Part shown: piece after piece, positions 37,923 through 47,592 of the stretch | Position numbering within the stretch: the stretch's first letter is position 1 | Layout of the letters: each line of letters starts with the position of its first letter | Source: Candidatus Poribacteria bacterium | GTDB lineage: Bacteria > Poribacteria > WGA-4E > WGA-3G | Length of the DNA stretch: 64,000 nt | NCBI GenBank assembly: GCA_965198235.1 | Contig: OZ240248.1 | Coordinates: 3,968,001-4,032,000 of the forward strand | Reading direction: 5' to 3' | Notes under the pieces: model-generated | Database searches by the model: none | What the model saw: the letters and a program-made list of their open reading frames with translations, nothing else | What the model was told of the DNA's origin: nothing | Made by a program: the position numbers and the translations under genes

Positions 37923-38759
37923 TTACTTGCGTTTGATGTCCGCCCAGGTTGTTGTCAATTTCCCAGCGGGTTCGACGGAGACAACCAGCGGTTGGATTTC
38001 ATCGAAGAAGCTCTGCTTATCGGTTGCATCTTTGGGATAGATGGTAACGGCATTGTGCGTTGCCTCGTCAAAGTGCAAGTTCAGATAGGCAGCACCACCG
38101 GACTCACCGCACCGGTAAAGGAAGACGTTGGCACCCTTTTGCAATTCAACTTCAACGGTGTGAAGAATCTTTCGGGCACCACCCGTCCATCTGGTATTGT
38201 TGTACCATTTTTCACCGTTAATCCAGATTTGTGCCCAATCATCGTGTGCTGGGGACATCACGGATGTCATGTCACTCGGTGAATCAATAACGCACATAAC
38301 ATAGGTATCGATGTTATCAGCGGGACCGTCCCGGTTCATATTGTGGTCGTTCGTGACATCGAGTTCAAAGACCGTCCACGCGCGGTCCCCGCCGTGGTCA
38401 TCTCCCCATTTCATATCAATATCTTGGGTCATGAGCAAACCTTCAAGCGTTGAAAGGGAGGCTTGTGTCAGTTTACCGCCGCTCCCTTCCTCGATGAAGT
38501 CCATCGGACCGGAAACTTGGAAGGTTCCATTGTTTTCATAGTTTCCCTCGGGACCGTACCACTTACTGATCCACGTATCTACAGCAATATCATCTTGTCT
38601 AAGGGCATCACCGTTGGGGTCTGGATCTTCTAAGAGGTCGGCTTCCGCTAAGGGACCACCGGAGATCGCGTTAGCCTGTGCAAATACAAGTTGTGAACCA
38701 CTGACAATGAGTGTGAATACAATCACAATTGCGAGTGTAAAAGTATTTAATCTTTTCAT
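37923..38759 (-). CDS. Secreted jelly-roll-like protein, paralog 1 of 3, with C-terminal VEPAGKLTTTWADIK tail
   Basis: Signal peptide; HDDWAQIWING..VELQKGAN motif. Confidence 0.85.
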   Translation of the reverse strand: MKRLNTFTLAIVIVFTLIVSGSQLVFAQANAISGGPLAEADLLEDPDPNGDALRQDDIAVDTWISKWYGPEGNYENNGTFQVSGPMDFIEEGSGGKLTQASLSTLEGLLMTQDIDMKWGDDHGGDRAWTVFELDVTNDHNMNRDGPADNIDTYVMCVIDSPSDMTSVMSPAHDDWAQIWINGEKWYNNTRWTGGARKILHTVEVELQKGANVFLYRCGESGGAAYLNLHFDEATHNAVTIYPKDATDKQSFFDEIQPLVVSVEPAGKLTTTWADIKRK

Positions 38760-38878
38760 GCTATATCCTATATCCTTTTTAGAGATTAAAACCTAAAGTT
38801 ATTAGGACGCGTTATAATGCCTCCTAAGATTCTTTAACTGGTTATATAACGTTGAAATAGCGTTCAACATTACAATTT

Positions 38879-38907
38879 ATTATAACACCTCGACAGAAGT
38901 TTGTCAA
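38879..38907 (-). promoter_or_regulatory. sigma70 promoter TTGACA-17-TATAAT
   Basis: Perfect consensus. Confidence 0.8.
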
Positions 38908-39039
38908 GGGAACTATAGTTATCAGAGAGAATCACGAGCATGGGGAAATCCGAAGAAACACTCGCTCCTACAGGAAAATGGCAGTCAGTAATCAGCCGTC
39001 AATCGTCTAAACGACAACCGTAAAAAACAAAAAATCAAG

Positions 39040-39076
39040 AAAAAGCCCTTGTCTGAAAAGCATAGACAAGGGCTTT
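39040..39076 (-). terminator. Intrinsic terminator
   Basis: AAAGCCCTTGTCT..AGACAAGGGCTTT hairpin just after the 39083 stop. Confidence 0.75.
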
Positions 39077-39082
39077 GGTTAA

Positions 39083-39919
39083 CTAACGATTCCGCTTAAT
39101 ATCTGCCCAGGTGCTTGTCGCCTTTCCGGTAGGATCGACTGGCAAAACACCACGAACCTCATCGAAGAAGCTCTTCTGGTTTTTCGCCTTTTGTGGGTAG
39201 ATTTCGCAGACTTTGTGCGTGTTACTGTCAAAGTGCAAATTGAGGTATGCCGCACCGCCGGATTCACCACACCGATAAAGGACGACATTCGCGCCTTTCG
39301 TCAACTGGACTTCGATGTTGTAGTGAACTATCTGCGCGCCCCCTGTCCAGGTACGATCGTTGTACCATTTATCACCGTTGATCCAAATCTGTGCCCAATC
39401 GTCGTGTGCGGGTGACATCACGGACTTCATATCCTTGGGTGCTTTTATAACACACATCACATAAGTATCGATGTTATCAGCAGGACCATCTCTATTCATA
39501 TTATCCTGGTTAGCCACATCGAGTTCAAAAACTGTCCACTCTCGGACACCGCCGTGCTTCTTATCCCAAGCCATTTTAACGGTCTGCGTCAATTTCAAGC
39601 CTTCGACAGTCGAAAGTTTGGGTTCTGTCAGTTTACCTTTGGTGCCTTCGTCAATAAGGTCTCTCGTCCCGGAAACTTGGAAGGATCCATTGTTTTCATA
39701 GTTCCCTTCGGGCCCGTACCACAGACTGATCCAATCTTTAACATCGGCGTGGTTCTCGCCCAACTGTGCAGCGGCGGCTTCCTCGCGCCAGTCCTTCTCT
39801 TTTATAGGACCACCTTTGATATTGACTTTGTGCTTCTGCGCGAATGTGAGGTGAGAAGTACTCACAACCAGTGCGAACATAATTGCCGTCGCGAGCGTAA
39901 ACTGATATACTCTTTTCAT
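39083..39919 (-). CDS. Secreted jelly-roll-like protein, paralog 2 of 3 (tail VDPTGKATSTWADIK)
   Basis: Highly similar to its neighbours; GGAGG SD before MKRVYQ. Confidence 0.85.
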   Translation of the reverse strand: MKRVYQFTLATAIMFALVVSTSHLTFAQKHKVNIKGGPIKEKDWREEAAAAQLGENHADVKDWISLWYGPEGNYENNGSFQVSGTRDLIDEGTKGKLTEPKLSTVEGLKLTQTVKMAWDKKHGGVREWTVFELDVANQDNMNRDGPADNIDTYVMCVIKAPKDMKSVMSPAHDDWAQIWINGDKWYNDRTWTGGAQIVHYNIEVQLTKGANVVLYRCGESGGAAYLNLHFDSNTHKVCEIYPQKAKNQKSFFDEVRGVLPVDPTGKATSTWADIKRNR

Positions 39920-40033
39920 TTTTGTCTCCTCCATATTGGATAAATAGTTAAGAGCACTGAGTTAAATTACAATGTAACCCAGATTCGTTTATAGGTTATG
40001 TAATGTTGAAGCAGCCCAACATTACAATTTGCT

Positions 40034-40062
40034 ATCATAACATTTGTAGCAAAATTTGTCAA
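40034..40062 (-). promoter_or_regulatory. sigma70 promoter TTGACA-17-TATGAT
   Basis: Near consensus. Confidence 0.75.
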
Positions 40063-40350
40063 GAAAAAATATTGAGATTTGGAGATTTTTTCTACAAAGA
40101 GGCGGTCACCGGTCGGTGATCAGTCTGGTCAGACGTAGATTAAGAATGTATATGGGTATATGGGTGTTAATTTTCTGAATCAAGATTGGCAAGCTTCTTC
40201 GATCTTTACAGGATTCGGAGATGCCTTCTACTTTGAATAAACGAAATGGAGACACAAAAAACATAGCGAATTGTAGCACAAGATAGTGTTACAATCCGCC
40301 ATGTGTATGGATAGGGTTAAAAAACACGCCTATAGAATTTGTGAAGTGTT

Positions 40351-41178
40351 CTACTTGCGCTTAATGTCTGCCCAAGTTGTTGCCAATTTTCCGACGGGAT
40401 CAACAGCAAGAGTGCCGGCAATTTCATCGAAGAAACTCTTCTGGTCATTTGCCTTGTCTGGGTAGATATCGACCGCGGCATGCGTTTTATCGTCGAAATG
40501 CAGGTTCATATACGCATGCCCGCCAGATTCGCCACACCGATAAACGACGATATTCGCGCCTTTTACCAATTGAACTTCAATATTAAAGTCCACCTGCTGT
40601 GCGGCACCTGTCCAACGAGAATTGTTGTACCATTTTTCGCCATTAATCCATATCTGCGCGTGGTCATCATGTGCTGGGGACATCACGGATGTCATGTCTT
40701 TGGGTGCGTCGATAACACAGATAGTATACGTATCAATGTTGTCAATGGGACCGTCGCGGTTCATGTGGTGTGCATCCGCTGGATCCAGTTCAAAGACTGA
40801 CCAACCTCTCGGTCCGCCGTTGCCTTTCTTCCAATTGACATCAACAGTTTGGGTCAATTTCAAACCATCAACGGTCGAAAGTTCGGGTTGCGTCAGTTTA
40901 CCGCCGGTGCCTTCCTCAATAAGGTCTTTCGGTGCAGAGGCACCGAACCCACCGCTGTTTTCGTAGTTCCCATCGGGACCATACCACTTCTCGATCCAAT
41001 TTTTGTTCTTGGAGTGATCTTCGTTCAGTTCTCCGGCTGGGTCTTTTAACCAATCTCCCTTTTTTAAAGGACCGCCGTCAATATTGACTTTCCCTTGTGC
41101 GAATGCAAGTTCGGATATGCCCATAGCCAGTGCGAAGATAATCGCTGTCGCGAGTGTAAGTTGATAAAACTTTCTCAT
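40351..41178 (-). CDS. Secreted jelly-roll-like protein, paralog 3 of 3 (tail VDPVGKLATTWADIK)
   Basis: Highly similar to its neighbours. Confidence 0.85.
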   Translation of the reverse strand: MRKFYQLTLATAIIFALAMGISELAFAQGKVNIDGGPLKKGDWLKDPAGELNEDHSKNKNWIEKWYGPDGNYENSGGFGASAPKDLIEEGTGGKLTQPELSTVDGLKLTQTVDVNWKKGNGGPRGWSVFELDPADAHHMNRDGPIDNIDTYTICVIDAPKDMTSVMSPAHDDHAQIWINGEKWYNNSRWTGAAQQVDFNIEVQLVKGANIVVYRCGESGGHAYMNLHFDDKTHAAVDIYPDKANDQKSFFDEIAGTLAVDPVGKLATTWADIKRK

Positions 41179-41310
41179 TGAAATTTTCCCTCCTTATAGA
41201 TAGACAATTCGCAATGCAGGAACAGGCTTTGGAAACCTGTCTGTCTTGCAAAAGGTTGAGTGAACCTGAATGGAATCCGGATTCACTAAGAAAGTTCCGC
41301 GTTATTAAAC

Positions 41311-41339
41311 ATTGTAAATTTTTAACGAAAATTTGTCAA
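41311..41339 (-). promoter_or_regulatory. sigma70 promoter TTGACA-17-TACAAT
   Basis: Near consensus. Confidence 0.75.
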
Positions 41340-41376
41340 GTCCGTAAGAAAAAAGGGGGTGTAAAGTTAAGGAGTG

Positions 41377-43194
41377 TTATGATGGATACGCATCCAAAGC
41401 CGCCTGCCATTTGGTAAGCTGCGCGACGCGCTGCTGCGCATCTGTCGGCACCTTAAAGGGTCTGCCGCGAGTATCAATGACCAATCCAACGACACCACCC
41501 ATCGCCTCCGCTTCAACAGCGTGTCCATTCCCCGCGCCGACATCAAATCGCCGTGAAGGTTGGAGTTTTAATGATGCCTTTTCGCCCAAAGGTAGCGGAT
41601 AGAGACGGAGTTCACCGTAAGGGACATCTTCCGTAACTGGTGGGTTGCCTGCAATACTAATTTCAATCGAAAGACACGTTTCACCTACCTTAGCAACACC
41701 GACCGGTGCGATAGCGGTTCCCAAATGGATAAGGCAATCCCGTTCAAAGACCTGCGTCGCGGCTTCTGGGTTGACCTGCGCCAAGACACCGAGCTGTGGC
41801 ATCATGAAAATGCTATCTACGGCGAGATGGGTTATGCCTTCAGGTTGAAAAGCATCTATCATCATAAGCATAGCTTGCTGACGCCGGGGTGCGTGCGATA
41901 AAACACCTCCGCTTCCGACGAGCATATCTAAGGAGAGCATATCAACAAGGGTTTGACCGCTTTCCGCTTGATCGAAGGCTTCAGAGATCGTCCGTTGTTG
42001 CTGGACACCGCGCAATTCTACGGCGAGTTGCTTGTGCTGTTCAAAAGCGAGTCGGAGTGCTTCACGTGCAATCGCTTGTTCAAGAATCAGTTCTTGCAAC
42101 GTTTGTGGGATTGTCGTTGGTCGAATCATCTTGTTTTTGATTCGGTTGCGGAGGTCGCCAACCTCAATATCAAACGGAACCCAACGGAGAACGTTTTCTA
42201 AACCCGCTTCAGCAAGGACATTGGAAACACTGTAACTCATACCGAGATTGGCACTCACAGTGCGGTTAAAAATAGATTCCGCTTCTCTGTTTTTAAAGAC
42301 GGAAAACACATCAGTCGTTGCCCCACCGATGTCAACACCGACGACTTCAATATCCTGTTCTGCGGAGACGGTCTGAATGATCTCACCGACTGCTCCGGGG
42401 GTCGGCATAATAGGTGCATCTGTCCAGTCGATGAGTTTCCTGTAACCGGGCGCGTGTGCCATAACGTGCTCGAGGAATTGGTCCTGAATCTTGTGGCGCG
42501 TCGGCATGAGGTTTTCACGCTCTAAAACCGGACGGAGGTTCTCTACCATCTCCAGTGCCATCACATCTTGCAAGCGTTCTGTAATTGACTCGCGTGCGTC
42601 TATGTTCCCAGCATAGATGAGGGGAAGTTCATAAGCGATGCCCAAGCGTGGCCTGGGACGCGCGGCAGCGATAATCTCAGCCAATTCAACGACGTGCGAG
42701 GTTGTCCCACCGTCAACACCACCCGATAGGAGCAGCATATCGGGACGTAGATGCCGGATACGTTCAATTTTTTCGTGCGGAAGGCGTTTATCGTTGGAAG
42801 CAATGACATCCATAACGATTGCACCTGCACCGAGCGCGGCACGCTCCGCGCTTTCAGCGGTCAAATTGCGTACAACGCCTGCTACCATCATCTGAAGTCC
42901 GCCACCGGCACTACTGGTTGATATGTAGATATCGACCCCTTCATCTCCGCGTTGTGGTTTGAGGAGCACACCGTCATCGAGAAGTTTACGTCCTGCAAGT
43001 TCCTCAACTTCAGTGATGGCATTGATAACACCCGCCGTTACATCCTCGACAGGCGCTTCGACCGTGGTAGGTGCCTCACCACGCACGATGAGTTGGTATT
43101 CCTCACCTCTTTTCTCAATTAGAATTGCTTTCGTTGTTGTGCTACCACAATCAGTAGCAAGAATAGAACGGATGTCCTCCGCGGGTTTGTTCAT
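41377..43194 (-). CDS. Glutamate mutase L (GlmL)-like actin-fold ATPase
   Basis: TDCGSTTTK, SSAGGGL, LLSGGVDGG, MPTP, VDIGGATTDVFS, IDTRGRP. Confidence 0.85.
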   Translation of the reverse strand: MNKPAEDIRSILATDCGSTTTKAILIEKRGEEYQLIVRGEAPTTVEAPVEDVTAGVINAITEVEELAGRKLLDDGVLLKPQRGDEGVDIYISTSSAGGGLQMMVAGVVRNLTAESAERAALGAGAIVMDVIASNDKRLPHEKIERIRHLRPDMLLLSGGVDGGTTSHVVELAEIIAAARPRPRLGIAYELPLIYAGNIDARESITERLQDVMALEMVENLRPVLERENLMPTRHKIQDQFLEHVMAHAPGYRKLIDWTDAPIMPTPGAVGEIIQTVSAEQDIEVVGVDIGGATTDVFSVFKNREAESIFNRTVSANLGMSYSVSNVLAEAGLENVLRWVPFDIEVGDLRNRIKNKMIRPTTIPQTLQELILEQAIAREALRLAFEQHKQLAVELRGVQQQRTISEAFDQAESGQTLVDMLSLDMLVGSGGVLSHAPRRQQAMLMMIDAFQPEGITHLAVDSIFMMPQLGVLAQVNPEAATQVFERDCLIHLGTAIAPVGVAKVGETCLSIEISIAGNPPVTEDVPYGELRLYPLPLGEKASLKLQPSRRFDVGAGNGHAVEAEAMGGVVGLVIDTRGRPFKVPTDAQQRVAQLTKWQAALDAYPS

Positions 43195-43277
43195 GCACTC
43201 GATCTCCCGTTTTCAGATTTTATATGCATTAATCAGAGCGATCTAACTTGTTACGATTCGGAGATCGCTCCTACGGA

Positions 43278-44072
43278 TTAATAGCCCAATTGGTGCAGAT
43301 ACTCGCGGTTCACCGTCATTCGCTCAAGATCCGAACGTTCCTCAACCTGTCCAGGGCATGCGGTAACCCAGCGGTCATAATTGAGTTCCGCCAGTGTCGA
43401 CATAATTCCGGGGAAATCCATGACAGTGCCGGCACCGACATCTACCCAACCCACATCGTAAGGCGTGTCGTCACCGCCGCCGGTTACGCTACAATAATCT
43501 TGCAGGTGGACGTAGACGAGGACATCGCTATAACGTCGAATGGATTCAATCGGATCGTACCCCCAGAGTGCGGAATGTGACACATCTATACACAACTTAC
43601 ACTTTCGGAGGAGGCTCATATATTTTGCCCAGTCGTCGATCGAATCTACTGTAGTATTGGTATGGATATGATAACAGACATCCAAGCCATATTGTGCGGC
43701 GTATTCCGCCCACTCTTCGGAGACATCGGCGAGTGCGGCGAGATCTGAATTATTCACTGGACGGTCTTGGGGTTTTCCCGCACCCATAAACATGAAACAA
43801 TCGGCTTCAACTTCTGCAGCGAAGTCAATACGCCGTCTGTTGAGTTCCATCTGTTCTGTATTTTTGTCGATCGGCAGTCCGCGTGCTGTTACGGCGGCGA
43901 TAGGTAAATCCGTATTGCTGCATACTTGTCGAATGTGTTGCGGTGTGCCTACCCAGTCCAGGGATTGCCGCATCTCCCAACCGTCCCATCCTGCATCCTT
44001 CAGTTGCGTCAATAATTCCTCAAAATCTGGTGTCTGCCAGCGTAATGTACTATATCCAAATTTGAAACCCAT
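43278..44072 (-). CDS. Sugar phosphate isomerase/epimerase (xylose-isomerase-like TIM barrel)
   Basis: YHIH, CIDVSH, VHLQD, VGAGTVMDF. Confidence 0.8.
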   Translation of the reverse strand: MGFKFGYSTLRWQTPDFEELLTQLKDAGWDGWEMRQSLDWVGTPQHIRQVCSNTDLPIAAVTARGLPIDKNTEQMELNRRRIDFAAEVEADCFMFMGAGKPQDRPVNNSDLAALADVSEEWAEYAAQYGLDVCYHIHTNTTVDSIDDWAKYMSLLRKCKLCIDVSHSALWGYDPIESIRRYSDVLVYVHLQDYCSVTGGGDDTPYDVGWVDVGAGTVMDFPGIMSTLAELNYDRWVTACPGQVEERSDLERMTVNREYLHQLGY

Positions 44073-44172
44073 GCTGTTTCCTCCTGTACGATACGATTTC
44101 AGTTCAGGGACACATAGTTCCTATCATAAATATATTATAGCACAATTGCAAATTTATATCACAATGCATATC

Positions 44173-44251
44173 ACACAGATGTCGCCCCGCTGGGGCTAAA
44201 GAGAAGGGAGTAGGCTTTTTCTATACACATATCGCCCCGCTGGGGCTAAAA
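44173..44251. repeat. Two direct copies of a GCCCCGCTGGGGC hairpin unit
   Basis: TCGCCCCGCTGGGGCTAAA occurs twice. Its reverse complement resembles the units at 27776-27851. Confidence 0.7.
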
Positions 44252-44415
44252 GCGTTGTTGACGTGTTTCTATAAATAGGTTACCTCTATAAGCCCGAAGA
44301 AACGAAATGTCATATACAATTTCAAAAAATTTATTGCTATATAACAGATGGTTTTGTTAAACTATATCCGTGAAACTTAGGGATTTCCCGTAATTACCCA
44401 TTTTAAGGAGAAAAT

Positions 44416-45381
44416 ATGGATAAAGTGAAACTCGGTTTTATCGGAACCGGCGGTATGGCGAGCGCACACATGCGCAACCTCAAAGACGGCTTTGAGGATG
44501 TCGAATTTAGCGCGATGTGCGACATTTCGGAAGACCGAGCAAAACAGCGTGCCGAAGAATTCGGCGGCAACGCTTACAGCGACTACCGAGTCATGTATGA
44601 TAAAGAGGAGTTAGACGCGGTTTATATCTGTACGCCACCCTTCGCACACGGCGAACAGGAACGCATCGCTTGTGAAAAAGGCATCGCGATGTTTATTGAA
44701 AAGCCGATCCATTCCGAGTTAGAACCGGCGATCATCATTAATGAATACGTTGAACAGACCGGCGTGATCACGAGTGTGGGTTACCATTGGCGTTACGGTG
44801 GCAATGCACAGCATGCGAAAGCGATGCTTGAAGAGCAACCGCAAATTCTTGGTGCCCTCGGCTATTGGATGGGTGGGATGCCCGGTACACCGTGGTGGCG
44901 CGTCCGCGCAGAATCTGGCGGGCAGCACGTCGAACAGACAACACACATCTTCGATTTGGCACGGTTTCTCGTCGGTAGCGATGGGAAGAGCGTCCATGGC
45001 GTTGCCGCGAGCGGTAGCATGGCGCATATTGAAAACTATGACATAGACGACATCAGCATGGTGAACATTGAATTCAAGAACGGTGCTGTTGCGAACATCG
45101 TCTCGGCTTGTGCGATGGAAGGTTTCGGTCGCGTGCATCTTGAAGTTTTCACACGTGGGCTCGTTGTTACCGTCGGTGGTCCGAACAATGTGAACCGAGG
45201 CGGAGAGACAGAATCGCTCTCGAACGAAGACGGACAGGACCGGGATCGTGTTTTTATTGATGCCGTAAAGACGGGTGACACCTCACAGATTTTATCACCT
45301 TACAGCGATGCGTTAGAGACGCTCCGTATCATGCTCGCCGCGAGTACCTCCTTCCGCACGGGTAAGGCGGTAGACCTTTAA
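44416..45381 (+). CDS. Gfo/Idh/MocA oxidoreductase
   Basis: IGTGGMA, FIEKP, SGGQHVEQTTH. Confidence 0.9.
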   Translation: MDKVKLGFIGTGGMASAHMRNLKDGFEDVEFSAMCDISEDRAKQRAEEFGGNAYSDYRVMYDKEELDAVYICTPPFAHGEQERIACEKGIAMFIEKPIHSELEPAIIINEYVEQTGVITSVGYHWRYGGNAQHAKAMLEEQPQILGALGYWMGGMPGTPWWRVRAESGGQHVEQTTHIFDLARFLVGSDGKSVHGVAASGSMAHIENYDIDDISMVNIEFKNGAVANIVSACAMEGFGRVHLEVFTRGLVVTVGGPNNVNRGGETESLSNEDGQDRDRVFIDAVKTGDTSQILSPYSDALETLRIMLAASTSFRTGKAVDL

Positions 45382-45439
45382 ATTTGAACCTTGAGGGGCG
45401 GTTTTTGCGCCGTCCCAACACAACAAGAAAGAGTGAATT

Positions 45440-46195
45440 ATGCCAATTAATCAATCTATCTGTTTTGGCGGCTTCAGCCGTGGCAGAGATCCAATAGAAG
45501 TCATCAAGAAAACCGCTGAAATCGGTTATAAATCCATTGAAATGCTACCCGCAGAATACTGGTCGGTCGTCCAGGACCACGGGATGCGCGTCGCGATTAT
45601 TAGTGGACACTCGTCCCTTCCATCTGGATTGAACGATCCGAACAACCATGACCGGATTGAAGATGAAATCCTTCAGAATATCGACATCGCGGCGGAAAAC
45701 GACATCCCCGGGCTCATCTGTTTTTCTGGAAACCGAGAAGGCAGATCGGACGAAGAAGGACGCGATAACACAATAGCAGGCTTGTCGCGCGTTACCAAAG
45801 CCGCCGAGGAGAAAGGGATCAATCTCTGTGTCGAGTTGCTCAACAGTAAAGTCAATCATCCGGATTATCAATGCGATAAGACGGAATGGGGTGTTGAGGT
45901 TTGCAAAGGGGTAGGTTCACCACGAGCGCAGCTGCTTTACGACATCTACCACATGCAGATTATGGAAGGCGACCTGATCCGTAACATCACGGATTACAGT
46001 GATTATATCGGGCACTACCATACCGCAGGTAACCCCGGACGCCACGACCTCGATGACGAGCAAGAGATTTACTATCCTGCCGTGATGCGCGCTATCGTAA
46101 ACACCGGATACGAACTCTACGTGGGACATGAATTCGGTCCCAAAGGGGACGCATTCGATGCGATGCAACACGCTTATGATGTTTGTAACGTCTAA
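45440..46195 (+). CDS. Hydroxypyruvate isomerase family protein
   Basis: ELLNSKVNHPDY, LYDIYHMQIMEG, HYHTAGNPGRH. Confidence 0.9.
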   Translation: MPINQSICFGGFSRGRDPIEVIKKTAEIGYKSIEMLPAEYWSVVQDHGMRVAIISGHSSLPSGLNDPNNHDRIEDEILQNIDIAAENDIPGLICFSGNREGRSDEEGRDNTIAGLSRVTKAAEEKGINLCVELLNSKVNHPDYQCDKTEWGVEVCKGVGSPRAQLLYDIYHMQIMEGDLIRNITDYSDYIGHYHTAGNPGRHDLDDEQEIYYPAVMRAIVNTGYELYVGHEFGPKGDAFDAMQHAYDVCNV

Positions 46196-46216
46196 GCGGA
46201 CTTCGGACAAATTGCA

Positions 46217-46248
46217 AGGGCAGGTCACCGCGCCTGCCCTATTTTTTT
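46217..46248 (+). terminator. Intrinsic terminator
   Basis: AGGGCAGG-loop-CCTGCCCT followed by ATTTTTTT. Confidence 0.8.
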
Positions 46249-46250
46249 AT

Positions 46251-46450
46251 TATAGTAAAGCCCGAAAATATATTGACAGTTGTTCAGCGAACGAACCCCA
46301 CACGGTCTCCGCTGGCGAGGTGTTTTTGATAGGGTGTTTTTGCTTGGGTGTTTCTGTGGATTTCTGCGGATTTCTGCGGATTTCCCTGCGGATTTCCCCT
46401 AAGTATCCTCGCCTCCCCGTAATGTCCAAGTAATTGTAGATTTTACTATA
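46251..46450. mobile_element. MITE (TATAGTAAA...TTTACTATA) with an ~84-nt micro-repeat insertion in its hairpin loop
   Basis: Colinear with 1567-1679 apart from the insert at 46322-46405. Confidence 0.8.
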
Positions 46451-46707
46451 ACAAAACGTGGATTCAATGCTATAATTGAGATGTAGTTGTTATGCACGTT
46501 TCGTCTGAATCGCGGATTTGCACAGATTTATCGGATTACGCGGATTTTAAGGATACTGCACATCGCTCACATAAATGCGTAACCCAAAAATAGATGATTC
46601 GGCGGCATTCGTTCACCCACGAAATTTTGGACAATTCAATGTGAAACTATGGCAATTGAAATGGAACAACCACCTAAAACCGATAACGGTTAAAGGAGGA
46701 ATTTAAA

Positions 46708-47514
46708 ATGCGGAACGGAATTAAGAGGTTACTTTTCGTCTCTATCGTTTTTATTGCGTTGAGTTCTATCGCTGTTGCGAGTCTTAAAGATGGGTTACTC
46801 GGATATTGGCCTCTTGATGAGGCAGACGGAAAAACTGCAGCGGATTCGAGCGGAAACGGGAACGATGCAACGCTTAAAGGGAACGGTGTCAAATGGAAAC
46901 CCAACGGTGGGAAACTCGGCGGTGCCTTGGAATTTGATGGTGGTGGCGATGCCGCAGAAGACGATAACGGCGTAGACTATATCAATGGGCTCACTGCTTT
47001 GACCGTTGCCGTTTGGGTTAAGTCTGCTGAAACCCCATCCGACCGAGGATTCATCGATGGACGCGATCCCGGTGGCGACGATACCGTCCTCTCGTTGCGA
47101 TATGATGCAGCGGGTTTTGAAGCCGGGGGTAGTGATCTTGTGAAAGCCGGTATTACCACAACAGGCGGGATTCAACGGCTTGAGACCTCAAGTGACGTGC
47201 AGACGGAGTCCTGGCAACACTTCGCCTTGACGTGGAGCAGTGGCAACGAACTGGCACTCTACATCGACGGTGAACTCGATACACCCACCTTTAACAGTCC
47301 AGCGACCAAAGGAAAGTTGACGGATGCCACCAAATTGGTCATAGGCAAAGGCGAGAAGGACCAAGGGCGTTCGTGGAGCGGACTCATTGACGATGTCCGT
47401 ATTTACGACAGAGTCTTAGATGACGCAGAGATTGCAGACCTTGCGGCGGGTGTGCTTGCGGTTGAAGCAAGTGGAAAGTTAGCAACCGTTTGGGGACATC
47501 TCAAGCAAAAGTGA
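46708..47514 (+). CDS. Secreted LamG/concanavalin-like domain protein with C-terminal VEASGKLATVWGHLK tail
   Basis: GLLGYWPLDE, GALEFDG, WQHFALTW, LYIDG, GLIDDVRIYDRVL. Confidence 0.9.
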   Translation: MRNGIKRLLFVSIVFIALSSIAVASLKDGLLGYWPLDEADGKTAADSSGNGNDATLKGNGVKWKPNGGKLGGALEFDGGGDAAEDDNGVDYINGLTALTVAVWVKSAETPSDRGFIDGRDPGGDDTVLSLRYDAAGFEAGGSDLVKAGITTTGGIQRLETSSDVQTESWQHFALTWSSGNELALYIDGELDTPTFNSPATKGKLTDATKLVIGKGEKDQGRSWSGLIDDVRIYDRVLDDAEIADLAAGVLAVEASGKLATVWGHLKQK

Positions 47515-47592
47515 TAGGCTTGTCGTCTACGGAACCTTAACACGCCTCTTTTTGACACTCTACTTCCTAAGGGAATAAGAAAAAAATTCACA

